Shown: positions 18,937 through 28,711, counted from the first letter of the stretch. The stretch is DNA of 64,000 bases from Candidatus Magasanikbacteria bacterium RIFOXYD2_FULL_41_14 (GCA_001784475.1 MFRE01000022.1:44234-108233); one strand, 5' to 3'. Made by a program: numbers and translations. Notes: generated from the sequence alone by a model not told the origin.

Positions 18937-19482
18937 ATGAACAAGCCAATAATTTTAAAAGGTCCGCGAGTTACTTTGCGACCGATAAAATTAAGTGATG
19001 CCAAAGATTATGTTGGGTGGTTTCGTGATAAAGAAGTTGTGAAATTTTTAGGCAATAAATTATTGAACATTAAAGAAAAAGGCGTGCGGGATTATTTCAT
19101 TAAAGAAAAAGCAAAAAAAGACGTTATGTTGTGGGCGATTACCGTAGTAGGGGCAGGACAAATTGGCAATGTTCATTTGGGTCTAGATAAAAATAATAAA
19201 CGAGCATCATTAGGACTGGTTATTGCCGATAAGAAATATTGGGGTCAAGGTTATGGGCCAGAAACTTTAAAAATTTTAGGTGATTATGTTTTTAAAAAAT
19301 TAAAATATAATCGATTAGAATTAACAGTATTCACGAATAATAAACGGGCGGTTAGCGCATACAAAAAAGTTGGGTTTAAAGTAGAAGGTACTTTGCGGAA
19401 ATACATTTATGCTTATGTGTTAAAAAAATATTGTGATGAATATGTAATGGGTATTTTAAAAGAAGAATGGCTTACTAAATAA
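18937..19482 (+). CDS. GNAT-family N-acetyltransferase (RimJ/RimL-like)
   Basis: 181 aa, WGQGYGPETLKILGDYVF...RLELTVFTNNKRAVSAYKKVGF. Confidence 0.75.
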   Translation: MNKPIILKGPRVTLRPIKLSDAKDYVGWFRDKEVVKFLGNKLLNIKEKGVRDYFIKEKAKKDVMLWAITVVGAGQIGNVHLGLDKNNKRASLGLVIADKKYWGQGYGPETLKILGDYVFKKLKYNRLELTVFTNNKRAVSAYKKVGFKVEGTLRKYIYAYVLKKYCDEYVMGILKEEWLTK

Positions 19483-19520
19483 ATCTTAAATCTAAAATTA
19501 TAAATCATAAATTAAAAAAT

Positions 19521-21320
19521 ATGGAAAAACAACAATTAGAACAAATTCGTCACTCTTGCGCGCATTTAGTCGCGGCTGCAGTGCAAGCGCTTTACCCGGA
19601 GGCTAAATTTGGCGTCGGTCCGGTAATCGAAAATGGTTTTTATTATGATATTGAATTTCCGGAAAATATTAAGGAAGAAGATTTGGGAAAAATTGAAGCC
19701 AAGGCGCGCGAATTAGCCAAGCAAGGTTTGGCATTTGAAAGAAAAGAAATCAAAATCGACGACGCAATTAAATATTTTGAATCAGTTGGGCAAAATTACA
19801 AAGTAGAATTATTAAATGATTTAAAAACCAAAGGTACGACTAAAATGAGCGCTGAAGAATTGCAAGATGTTGGTGGTGCAGTGGAGAATGTTTCATTGTA
19901 TCAAACTGGTGAGTTTGCTGATTTATGTCGTGGTCCACATATTGAAACAACCAAAGGTTTGAATTTATCTGGTTTGAAATTAATGCGTTTGGCTGGTGCT
20001 TATTGGCGAGGAAAAAGTGATAATCCACAATTGCAACGTATCTATGGCGTATATTTTGAAACAAAAAATGAATTAACCGATTATTTAAATTTATTAGCCG
20101 AAGCCGAGAAACGCGACCATCGTAAAATTGGCGCGGAACAAGAATTATTTTTCTTTGACGACCGCGTTGGTAAGGGCCAGGTTTTGTGGCTTTCAAATGG
20201 CACAATTATTCGCAATGAAGTTGAAAAATTAGCATTAGAAAGTGAAGAGGCGGGAAATTATTTACGCGTGCGTACACCGCACTTGGCCAAAGAAGAATTG
20301 TTTTTGACTTCTGGCCATTTGCCGTATTACAAAGATAGTATGTATCCGCCGATGGTGATGGACGATGGCACGTATTATTTGAAAGCGATGAATTGCCCGC
20401 ATCATCATACGGTATATAATTTCAAACCACATAGTTATCGCGAATTGCCGATGCGTTTGGCAGAATATGGTGAATGTTTTCGCAATGAGTTGTCTGGCAC
20501 TTTGGCAGGGTTGCTCCGCGTGCGCGCGATGGCGATGAACGACGCGCATATATATTGTACGAAAGATCAAATCAAAGACGAATTTAAAAAGGTTATGGAG
20601 ATGGTGATGGAATATTTCCGAATCTTCAAATTAGAAGATTATTGGTTTCGACTTTCTAAGTGGAGTCCGGATCACTTGGAAAAATATGTGAACGAGCCGG
20701 ATAATTGGAATTATTCAGAAGGAATTATTCGCGAGGTCCTGCAGGAAATGAAAGTGAAATTTGTGGAAGCCGAAGATGAGGCGGCCTTCTATGGTCCGAA
20801 AGTTGATGTATTGTTCAAATCGGTCGTAGGACGTGAAGAAACGATGTCCACTATCCAATTGGACTTTGTGGCTAAGGCACGGTTCGGCTTGAAATACACC
20901 GACTGCGAGGGCAAGGAGAACAATGAGGTGTTCGTTATCCACCGCGCGCCGTTATCAACCCACGAACGGTTTATGGCGTTTTTAATTGAGCATTTTGCTG
21001 GTGTTTGGCCAGTTTGGATGTCGCCTGTGCAAATAATGTTCGCGCCGGTAGGTGAAAAACATTGGGAGGGTGCGCAGAAAATGGCGGATGAATTCAAGTT
21101 GGCCGGGGTGCGCGTGGAAGTTGACTCGGCTGATGAAACCGTAGGTAATAAAGTGCGTAAAGCGGTTGGTCGCAAAATTCCATATATTGTCGTAGTGGGG
21201 GATAAGGAATTAGCCGGTGGCGAATTAATGGTGCGTGTGCGCGGAGAAGAAAAACCGGCAAAATTTGCCAAAGAAGAATTTTTGGCGCGCGTTCAACGGG
21301 AAATCAAAGATAGAGTTTAA
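19521..21320 (+). CDS. thrS: threonyl-tRNA synthetase (lacks N-terminal TGS domain)
   Basis: 599 aa. HSCAHL editing-domain start, class II core motifs, C-terminal anticodon-binding domain. Confidence 0.95.
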   Translation: MEKQQLEQIRHSCAHLVAAAVQALYPEAKFGVGPVIENGFYYDIEFPENIKEEDLGKIEAKARELAKQGLAFERKEIKIDDAIKYFESVGQNYKVELLNDLKTKGTTKMSAEELQDVGGAVENVSLYQTGEFADLCRGPHIETTKGLNLSGLKLMRLAGAYWRGKSDNPQLQRIYGVYFETKNELTDYLNLLAEAEKRDHRKIGAEQELFFFDDRVGKGQVLWLSNGTIIRNEVEKLALESEEAGNYLRVRTPHLAKEELFLTSGHLPYYKDSMYPPMVMDDGTYYLKAMNCPHHHTVYNFKPHSYRELPMRLAEYGECFRNELSGTLAGLLRVRAMAMNDAHIYCTKDQIKDEFKKVMEMVMEYFRIFKLEDYWFRLSKWSPDHLEKYVNEPDNWNYSEGIIREVLQEMKVKFVEAEDEAAFYGPKVDVLFKSVVGREETMSTIQLDFVAKARFGLKYTDCEGKENNEVFVIHRAPLSTHERFMAFLIEHFAGVWPVWMSPVQIMFAPVGEKHWEGAQKMADEFKLAGVRVEVDSADETVGNKVRKAVGRKIPYIVVVGDKELAGGELMVRVRGEEKPAKFAKEEFLARVQREIKDRV

Positions 21321-21383
21321 ATTACTGTGGTATGAAGTCAAGTAGAAGAGTGGTTACAATATGTTGGTGCACTGGTTACTTCT

Positions 21384-22640
21384 GTGGCCACTGGTATTGG
21401 TTTTGAAAATAATGCACACGCAGAAGGACAAGTGGATGGTAAAAATGTTGGTAAAAAAGAGAAACCAGATTTAACTTCTCCAGAAGTAATTGGTGGCCAG
21501 GAACAAAAAGAAACAAAGAAGGATTATGAAAAAATTATTGCTGATATTCTGCGGGAAACATTTTTTTGGGTAAATAATCCTGAATATTCAGGAGCTGAAA
21601 CTATAGATGGTGCAGAAAAGATAAATCAAAGAATTCAACAGTTGTTGAAATCTAAAAATCCGTCAATATATATTTTTGGAGAAAATCATCAAAATGATTT
21701 TTGTGAAGATTTTTTTCTTGATATATTAGAAGCTGACCCAGGAGCCAAAACTGTTGTTGAAGAGGCCTTAGACCACCCTGATGAGAAAGAACATGAAGTA
21801 GGGTTGTTATCAACCACTTTCTTTGGGCGCGAAGGTTATGAAGAGAAATTAAAGGAGTTATTATCCAGAAGAAACATCGCTAGGGTAATTTTACAGCATC
21901 CTTTTAATCCAGCCAAAGAGGCAGATAGTAAAATTTTACCATTTATTAAAGAAGGTCGGGTGCATATTCTGGTGGGGGGTGCTCACTCTATGCTTGCGCC
22001 TGGCGAACAAGATACAAAAACACAAACGTCGCAGTTACACCTTGATTCTGATGACGTTCTTTTAAAAACACCCCAGCAAGATTATTTTTTTGATTTATAT
22101 AAAAAATACGGAGCGGTAGCAATTAAGTATATAAATATTTATAATCTAGCGAGGGAGTGTAATATCAGAATATTAGATCAAATATTACCAGCATTAAAGA
22201 CGGGTGAGATTACCGTTGAAAAGGCAGTACAATTTTTAGAAAGACAAATTGGAAGATACACTGATCAATTGAGTTCAACAGATCCGAGGTTGGTTTGGCA
22301 GGATGAGGGTAATAGTGGTTTTGGAATACTGACTTCAAAAATTGAGGAGCTCAATTTTGATATTTTGGAATCTAGCAATCTTGAAGCCTTATTTAATTAT
22401 CCCCCATTTCGGGATTTGTTTATGTCCGGTGATACTAGTTTTGCAATGATTTTAAATGGTGTAAGAGTATCTAGTGGAGATGTCGTTGTAGATTTTGTGG
22501 TTTATGATATTGGTAATAAGCGTATGGTTGTAACATATAATAGAAAAAATCCTAAAGATGGGGTGCTTGAGGTTGATAAAATTGTAAATTTTGATCTAAC
22601 TAATGAAAATGGTAAATGGAAATATAAATTAGTAGATTAG
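21384..22640 (+). CDS. hypothetical protein, possible TraB/ChaN/Tiki-like fold
   Basis: 418 aa, GTG start, AT-rich, no signal peptide. IYIFGENHQND resembles the GxxH motif of that superfamily. Weak evidence. Confidence 0.35.
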   Translation: MATGIGFENNAHAEGQVDGKNVGKKEKPDLTSPEVIGGQEQKETKKDYEKIIADILRETFFWVNNPEYSGAETIDGAEKINQRIQQLLKSKNPSIYIFGENHQNDFCEDFFLDILEADPGAKTVVEEALDHPDEKEHEVGLLSTTFFGREGYEEKLKELLSRRNIARVILQHPFNPAKEADSKILPFIKEGRVHILVGGAHSMLAPGEQDTKTQTSQLHLDSDDVLLKTPQQDYFFDLYKKYGAVAIKYINIYNLARECNIRILDQILPALKTGEITVEKAVQFLERQIGRYTDQLSSTDPRLVWQDEGNSGFGILTSKIEELNFDILESSNLEALFNYPPFRDLFMSGDTSFAMILNGVRVSSGDVVVDFVVYDIGNKRMVVTYNRKNPKDGVLEVDKIVNFDLTNENGKWKYKLVD

Positions 22641-22677
22641 ATTCACTCAATTATAAAGCTGAGTACAGAAAATAATT

Positions 22678-23421
22678 ATGGAGATTATCAAGACAAAATC
22701 GTTTAGTTTGGCAGTTGTAACTACCGGTGATAAAAATTCCAACAAGTTGTCAATTTTAATGCCCGGTAGATTAGACACGAAAGATTATTGGAATTTTGAA
22801 AGCCACGCCAAAGTTTTGGCTGGTAAAGGTTTTTTTGTGGTTGCTTTTGACCCACCCGGCACTTGGGAAAGCCCGGGTGGTATTGAATTGTGTACCGTCA
22901 CTAATTATATTAAAGCGGTTAATGAGCTGATTGAATATTTTGGGAATAAGCCAACCTTGCTTGTTGGTCACAGTCGGGGAGGGGCGACCGCGGCCTTGGT
23001 GGCGGCTTCCAATTTGCTTGTTAAAGGCATGGTTTTGTTAATGGCCAGCTATAGCGCATCTTCTGCACCGCCTGACGAAATCATTGCCAGAGGATTTAAT
23101 CTTGACTATCGCGATTTGCCACCGGGACAATCAAAAAGCAAAGAGCAAAAAGAATTTCGTCTGCCTTTAAATTATCGAAAAGATGGCGAGCAATATAATT
23201 CCGCGCAGGCGCTAAAAAATTGTAGCACTCCTAAATTGTTAGTTTATGCAACTTATGATGAATTTCGTTCTTCTGAAACAGTAGAAGATATTTTTAGGAT
23301 TTTGCCAGAGCCGAAAATGTTAAAAAAGTTTGATTGTAAACATGATTACCGTTATTATCCTGAGGTGGTGGCCGAGGTAAATAAGGGGATTGAAATTTTT
23401 GTGGATAAATTTGTTAATTAA
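22678..23421 (+). CDS. alpha/beta-fold hydrolase
   Basis: 247 aa, nucleophile elbow VGHSRGG. Confidence 0.6.
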   Translation: MEIIKTKSFSLAVVTTGDKNSNKLSILMPGRLDTKDYWNFESHAKVLAGKGFFVVAFDPPGTWESPGGIELCTVTNYIKAVNELIEYFGNKPTLLVGHSRGGATAALVAASNLLVKGMVLLMASYSASSAPPDEIIARGFNLDYRDLPPGQSKSKEQKEFRLPLNYRKDGEQYNSAQALKNCSTPKLLVYATYDEFRSSETVEDIFRILPEPKMLKKFDCKHDYRYYPEVVAEVNKGIEIFVDKFVN

Positions 23422-23437
23422 CAAATTTATTATTGGT

Positions 23438-24709
23438 TTACTGATTATTTTTTTTGAAAATTTCCTCAAAATTTCCAATTGATTTTAAAAATCTTTCCGG
23501 ATGGGCTTTAACTTTTTTTGATAGTTCTTTTCTTTTAAACCATTTAATCGCCGCTACTTCACTTTTTTGAATTTTAAATTGTGAGATCGGTTTATCTATC
23601 GTTGCGAAAAATCTTTGGGAAAAGAAATTGTGTTTGCCGGTATAGCGGATTTTTTCTCCTTTTATTATTTTAACATTTTTTAGTCCAATTTCTTCTTCGG
23701 TTTCTTTGATGATGTTGGATTCGTATGTTTCGCCTTGGTCGTTGGTCCCAGCGACTGCCACACCCCATTTACCAGGGTCGTGACTTTTATTAAACGCTCT
23801 CTGGGCAAGCAAAATATTACCTTTTGAGTTTTGAACCCACAAGGCGGACACGCGATAAATATCTTTTTGTTTTACATCTTCTCGTTTTTTGTGTCCGATA
23901 ATTTTGTCATTTTTATCAACAATAATTATTTTTGGTTTTATGGTTTTTTTATATTCTTCTAGAAATAATTGTAAAGTTTTTTTCAGATTATTTTTTTCTA
24001 TTTTACTTAAATTTAAAACTTTTTTTGTTTGACGTAGGAGTATCGCTTTTTTAACGTATTGGATCCCCAAAAAATTAGGGCAACATTTTGCTAAAGCGCC
24101 AGGGATATTCTTTTTTTTAACGGTTACCCCCTTACTGAGTAAGAGACAATTACTCATGTTAATAATATAATTTATCCATTTTCGCGGTTCTCTATTAAAT
24201 ATATTCCATCCTGGATTTGCGCTGGTTGCGTGTTCGTATTCAAATTGCAGTTCGTTTGTTAGGTCTCGTTGTATTATTTTTTTGACTTCTGGTATTAGTT
24301 TAATAACATTTTTTCCATACAATATTCGTGATTGTTTTTTTAATTTTATTAATCCCAAATTTCCAATGAATCTCGTCGCTTGATTATTATTTTTTATCCT
24401 GTTGTTAAAATCTGCGTCAAGCGTAGTATAGCACTGAATATCAATTGAATATTTTTTTGATAATTTGTCGATTTCTGTTTCAGAAATATTAACAGCACTT
24501 CTAACCAAAGCCATGACATCGTAATCGCTGTAGCCGTCAATAAAGTCATAATTGCCGTAGCTACCAACCGCTAATAAGGAAACTAAATTTTTACCAAGTT
24601 TTTTTCTTAGTAATTTTACAAGCGCTCGTTCCATTTGTTTTAGTTGGGAGCGGTGTGTGTCCATATTTGTAATACACAATGTATCGTTAATTTCTAAGTA
24701 TGAGCCCAT
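23438..24709 (-). CDS. fusion protein: N-terminal minimal nucleotidyltransferase (KNTase-like) plus C-terminal Nudix hydrolase
   Basis: GSYGNYDFIDGYSDYDV (GS...hDhD NTase motif). C-terminal Nudix box GTNDQGETYESNIIKETEEEIGL. The region before the Nudix box resembles IDI-type Nudix. Very AT-rich. Confidence 0.6.
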   Translation of the reverse strand: MGSYLEINDTLCITNMDTHRSQLKQMERALVKLLRKKLGKNLVSLLAVGSYGNYDFIDGYSDYDVMALVRSAVNISETEIDKLSKKYSIDIQCYTTLDADFNNRIKNNNQATRFIGNLGLIKLKKQSRILYGKNVIKLIPEVKKIIQRDLTNELQFEYEHATSANPGWNIFNREPRKWINYIINMSNCLLLSKGVTVKKKNIPGALAKCCPNFLGIQYVKKAILLRQTKKVLNLSKIEKNNLKKTLQLFLEEYKKTIKPKIIIVDKNDKIIGHKKREDVKQKDIYRVSALWVQNSKGNILLAQRAFNKSHDPGKWGVAVAGTNDQGETYESNIIKETEEEIGLKNVKIIKGEKIRYTGKHNFFSQRFFATIDKPISQFKIQKSEVAAIKWFKRKELSKKVKAHPERFLKSIGNFEEIFKKNNQ

Positions 24710-25953
24710 AGTAATTTAAAAAAATTATAAATTGGATGTGAAAAAAATTTATTAAAATTCTTTTTAAGTGTTTTAGAATCTTCGTGGGTTTCGCGTTTGG
24801 CCAATTTAAAGGCGTATTTTTTATTAATTTGCGCCCAAGCGACCGACATCTCGTCGCTTTTAGCAGGTTTTTTGACTTGTATTTTATCGCACTGCCTAAA
24901 TAGATTGTGATTTACGGACAGCCACAGTGAAATTATTCTTACCCCTAAAAAGTTTTCTGGCTCAGCATTTATTAAAGACGGGATTAATAATTTTGGAAAA
25001 ATTAAATCCAAGTCATCTAAATTCCCAAGCACAAAGGCCATATTCCAAGTAATGTACAGACTTGCCCAGTTTTGGCTTGTGTTAACAGTTGGGAATAGGT
25101 TATTTTTTTCAGAGATCGATTGGTAAAAAATATCATCGTTCTTTGTCGGAATAACATTTTTGTTTTTAAACATGGCTAAGGGAGGGTCACACCTTAGATC
25201 TTCGGATAGTGCATAAGCAGAAATCGAATTAGTTTTAAAGTCGTTGTGATATTCGGTAATACCAGCTTCGTAAATATTTATACGCACTAATTCATTTATA
25301 TGTTCTATGTTATTTTTTAAAATTGGTGACAGTAGCTTGTATTCTAAGTAATTTATTTTTTTATCACGTAGCATTTTTTTGGCTTCTCCGATTGTTAAAT
25401 GTGAACCCGCCAGACCACGTCTTATGCGGAAGTAAATCATCAGCGGGTCCAGCGAGAAAGCCTTGGCGATTTTGAAAAAGTCTCTTGAAATTTTTAGCGC
25501 GCGCATAAGAGCATTTAACGAATGGGTAGTGTCAATTCCGCATGCCCTCTCCTTAATTTTGTAATGGTCTTGTACTTCAACAAAGAAGTCGTGGCTATTA
25601 CACATGGTGGCGGTCAAAGCTTCCAGAACGAACATGACGTGCACTGATCGGGCAATATGCTCGAATGGCCGAAACCAATTATTTTTAAGCGCCAAGTCCG
25701 CGAATTCAACTATGGCCGGATGTTTTGATGCCACGCCTTTTTTTATATTATTAAACATTGGTTGCAAATCTTGCGGTTCAGAAATAATATCCTGAAAAAA
25801 TTTGCGCATGCGCTCGTTTTTTGTTTTTAAGTCGTTGAGTTTTAGTTCTGCGATAACCCCCTTCATTATTTGGGGGTTGGTTGTTATATTTTTCTCCAAA
25901 CCAAAAGCTACCATGGTTTTGTCAAAAATTTCGCTCGCTTCTTTTAGTGGCAT
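24694..25953 (-). CDS. hypothetical 419-aa protein, overlaps the downstream NTase-Nudix gene by 16 nt
   Basis: No recognisable motif. Very AT-rich. Co-oriented with the next gene, suggesting translational coupling. Confidence 0.4.
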   Translation of the reverse strand: MPLKEASEIFDKTMVAFGLEKNITTNPQIMKGVIAELKLNDLKTKNERMRKFFQDIISEPQDLQPMFNNIKKGVASKHPAIVEFADLALKNNWFRPFEHIARSVHVMFVLEALTATMCNSHDFFVEVQDHYKIKERACGIDTTHSLNALMRALKISRDFFKIAKAFSLDPLMIYFRIRRGLAGSHLTIGEAKKMLRDKKINYLEYKLLSPILKNNIEHINELVRINIYEAGITEYHNDFKTNSISAYALSEDLRCDPPLAMFKNKNVIPTKNDDIFYQSISEKNNLFPTVNTSQNWASLYITWNMAFVLGNLDDLDLIFPKLLIPSLINAEPENFLGVRIISLWLSVNHNLFRQCDKIQVKKPAKSDEMSVAWAQINKKYAFKLAKRETHEDSKTLKKNFNKFFSHPIYNFFKLLWAHT

Positions 25954-26229
25954 ATTGGCAAAGAGTATTTTTGTTTTAAGTATTTATTTTTTTATCTTCC
26001 GCCCGCACTCCTCCGTCTCATCTGGCCGTTTGTAATCATATTCCGAGCGATAAGTCGTCCCAATTTCGGGCGTGGACACTTCAAAAATATCGCAATCGGT
26101 AATCGCCTGGTAGCGGTGTTTTTAGTCAAATTATGGTATAATGATTTTAAGCTTAGTATATCAATTCTACTATATTTACGAGAAAATCACAATATTTTAT
26201 AAAATTGGTTTGTGTTTTCGAGAATAGAT

Positions 26230-26697
26230 ATGACAGTAAAATTCGTATTAATTTTACCAAATATTAGGAGCGCGCATAATGTGGGCGCGATTTTTCGCAC
26301 AGCTGATGGCGCTGGGGTAGATAAGATATATTTGACTGGGTATACTCCGCGTCCGCCTCATCCGCGTTTGGATAAGGTGTCTTTGGGGGCAGAAAAATCA
26401 GTGCCTTGGGAAGGGGTGGCACAGGCCGGACGGTTGGTTAAAAAATTGAAATTTGAAGGGTATAAAATTGTGGCCTTGGAACAAACCAAAAATAGTGTTA
26501 ATATATATAAGTGGACACCAGTGTTCCCCTTGGCTTTAATTGTTGGCAATGAAAAAACTGGTGTTTCCAAAAGTTTATTGAATTTATGTGATACGGCTGT
26601 GGAATTGCCAATGCTCGGTAAAAAGAAAAGTTTGAATGTGAGTGTGGCGGTTGGCGTGGCGATGTATCAGGTCACCAATCATAAATCTAAAATCTAA
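26230..26697 (+). CDS. SpoU/TrmH-family RNA 2'-O-methyltransferase
   Basis: MTVKFVLILPNIRSAHNVGAIFRTADGAGV... with C-terminal knot motifs. The listed ORF start at 26212 is a GTG upstream extension. Confidence 0.75.
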   Translation: MTVKFVLILPNIRSAHNVGAIFRTADGAGVDKIYLTGYTPRPPHPRLDKVSLGAEKSVPWEGVAQAGRLVKKLKFEGYKIVALEQTKNSVNIYKWTPVFPLALIVGNEKTGVSKSLLNLCDTAVELPMLGKKKSLNVSVAVGVAMYQVTNHKSKI

Positions 26698-26720
26698 AAT
26701 CTAAAATTTGAAATTAATAT

Positions 26721-27443
26721 ATGTCCGAATCAACTCTAAATATTTTCCGTCTATTTCATCGGGATTTGCCACCTTTGTTTCCGGCGGATCGGCGCACAAA
26801 AATTGCCGAGGTTTTGAAGCGGTTGGAAAATAACCCGACAGTGGATGTCACGGAAATTGAAAATGCTTTGGTGGCATTTGGCTACGAGGCCTGGCCGTGG
26901 CACAAAGCCAAGAAACATTTTTGGCAACGCGCTTGGGATAAATTGGGCGAACATTTTTTTGTGCCGAAATTGTCACCAAGTTTGCGTGAAAAATATGGAG
27001 ATTTTACGTTATGTGGTGGGACTTTGCAGGATGTGCACGCGGGTGTGCCGATAGATTATTTTAATATTGAGCAGCGACGCGAATTAATTGATGCCTTAAC
27101 GCAATTAGAAACTGATTTAGCCCGGCATGTTGATACGCAGATTACGGGAGTAGAAAAAGAGCAGTTTTTGAATTTGGTAGATGAATATCGCGCGGTGGCG
27201 GATAAAATAAAAGCGAAATTGGTAGATTTGCGAAAGTTGGCGCAGGGTGAAAATGAGCACGCAAATTTAGCGCGAGAAATTAATGAAAAAATAAAATTAT
27301 TTGAACACGGTTGGTGCTATTTAGCACCCGAGCCCCAGTATCATGATGTCTGCGAGGCCATGGAATTTTTTCAAGGCCGAAAAAAAGATTTGAATCGGAT
27401 GCGTGGGGCGCATTTAATTCCGGAGGTTAATTTTTATAGTTAA
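26721..27443 (+). CDS. hypothetical cytoplasmic protein
   Basis: 240 aa, no motif recognised. Confidence 0.4.
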   Translation: MSESTLNIFRLFHRDLPPLFPADRRTKIAEVLKRLENNPTVDVTEIENALVAFGYEAWPWHKAKKHFWQRAWDKLGEHFFVPKLSPSLREKYGDFTLCGGTLQDVHAGVPIDYFNIEQRRELIDALTQLETDLARHVDTQITGVEKEQFLNLVDEYRAVADKIKAKLVDLRKLAQGENEHANLAREINEKIKLFEHGWCYLAPEPQYHDVCEAMEFFQGRKKDLNRMRGAHLIPEVNFYS

Positions 27444-27449
27444 AGCGTT

Positions 27450-27551
27450 TGTCATTCCGAGTGAAGCGAAGCGCAACCGAGGAATCCCTTGAAGCTGATA
27501 ATCACACAGATGGCTGCGTTAAGGGATCCCTCGGCTACGCTCGGGATGACA
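27450..27551. repeat. MITE-like element (GTCATTCCGAG...AAGGGATCCCTCGGCTACGCTCGGGATGAC)
   Basis: Right arm is identical over ~36 bp to the copy at 30212-30247. Confidence 0.6.
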
Positions 27552-27562
27552 ATTGGAAAAAT

Positions 27563-28078
27563 ATGTTTAAAAAAATTTTATTAATTATCGCGAGCGAAGG
27601 ATTTAGGCAAGAAGAATATTTTGAAACCAAAAAGGTGCTAGAGTCCGTTGGTTTTGTGGTCGTGACGGCTAGTGATGCGATGGGAAAGGCCGTTGCCAAA
27701 GATGGTTCTTTGGCTAGCGTTGATTTGTTGGTCGGGGATGTGAATGTCGCGGATTATGATGGGATATTTTTTGTAGGTGGCCCGGGGGCATTGGCGCATT
27801 TGGATAATGAAAAGTCATATCAAATTGCTAATTTATCGGTAAATAAACCGCACGGCGCTATTTGCATCTCGCCACGTATTTTGGCGCACGCCGGAATTTT
27901 GAAAAATAAAAAAGTGACTGGTTGGGATAAAGACGAAGAATTAGCTGGAATTTTAGATAGTGTCGGCGCGGAATATGTTAAAAAATCGGTAGTGGTGGAT
28001 GGTAATTTGATTACCGCCAATGGCCCGGAAGCGGCTAAGGAATTTGGCGAGGCGATTGTGAAATTGTTAAAAACTTAA
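27563..28078 (+). CDS. DJ-1/PfpI (ThiJ) family protein
   Basis: MFKKILLIIASEGF...GAICISPRILAHAGIL fits the DJ-1/PfpI nucleophile-elbow Cys-based fold. The listed ORF 27449.. is extended through the repeat element. Confidence 0.7.
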   Translation: MFKKILLIIASEGFRQEEYFETKKVLESVGFVVVTASDAMGKAVAKDGSLASVDLLVGDVNVADYDGIFFVGGPGALAHLDNEKSYQIANLSVNKPHGAICISPRILAHAGILKNKKVTGWDKDEELAGILDSVGAEYVKKSVVVDGNLITANGPEAAKEFGEAIVKLLKT

Positions 28079-28083
28079 ATTTT

Positions 28084-28671
28084 ATGGCTAATCGCGATTT
28101 AGAATTTTTATTTGAAATTGCCTCTTTGCGCAATGTTCCGCGCGGTTGGCGTCAACACCTGGGCGTTGACTGTGCTAGTGTTTTGGAGCATGTGGTACGC
28201 ACCGCATTTTTGGCCTTGATAATTGCTAGGCGTGAGGGGGGGGCAGATGAAAATAAAGTCATGAAAATGGCCTTATTTCACGATTTACCGGAAGCCCGAG
28301 TATCAGATTTGAGTTATGTGCAAAAAGTGTACGCGAGCGCCGACGAAGATCGTGCCACAACCGATATGTTAGCCGAAACGAGCCTAGAAGATTTTGCGGC
28401 TTTGTTTCGCGAGACCGAAGCGCACGAAAGCATAGAAGCAAAAATAGTGAAAGACGCTGATAATTTGGATCTAGAGCTGGAGATACGCGAATTAGATAGT
28501 TTGGGCTCACCTTTGCCAAAAAAGTGGGAACATATTCGTCGGGCAGTGCGTGATAATAAATTATTTACTGAATCAGCCAAACAAATTTGGGACGAGATTC
28601 AAGTTTCTGATCCCCATAGTTGGCATTTGAATATGAATAAATATTTGTCCGGCAAAGATAAAATTATATAA
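28084..28671 (+). CDS. HD-domain phosphohydrolase (YfbR-like 5'-deoxynucleotidase)
   Basis: H...ALFHDLPE motif. Contains a G8 run at 28236-28243. Confidence 0.65.
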   Translation: MANRDLEFLFEIASLRNVPRGWRQHLGVDCASVLEHVVRTAFLALIIARREGGADENKVMKMALFHDLPEARVSDLSYVQKVYASADEDRATTDMLAETSLEDFAALFRETEAHESIEAKIVKDADNLDLELEIRELDSLGSPLPKKWEHIRRAVRDNKLFTESAKQIWDEIQVSDPHSWHLNMNKYLSGKDKII

Positions 28672-28711
28672 ATAAAAAAGTGGCCGATTGGCCACTTTTG
28701 ATTTTGTTTTT

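Noticed and set aside
18692-18949. 85-aa minus-strand ORF over the sRNA candidate and palindrome
   Set aside because: It contains the CPYTCTD peptide produced by translating the palindrome and crosses a promoter and terminator. There is no SD or coding-like composition.
25802-26120. ORF 25802..26035 and a GC-rich stretch suggestive of a minus-strand gene remnant
   Set aside because: Only a ~50-codon frame is open on the minus strand, with no recognisable homology. It is more likely a promoter/UTR region for the trmH-like gene (extended -10 at ~26134).
26683-26712. Possible CRISPR array from AATCTAAA tandem repeats
   Set aside because: The unit is only 8 bp with no spacers, and no cas genes are present.
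27449-27562. N-terminal extension of the DJ-1 ORF (MSFRVKRSATEE...VKGSLGYARDD)
   Set aside because: It is a translation of the MITE. The identical peptide VKGSLGYARDD appears in the spurious ORF 30160..30618 from the same repeat arm. The true start is Met at 27563.
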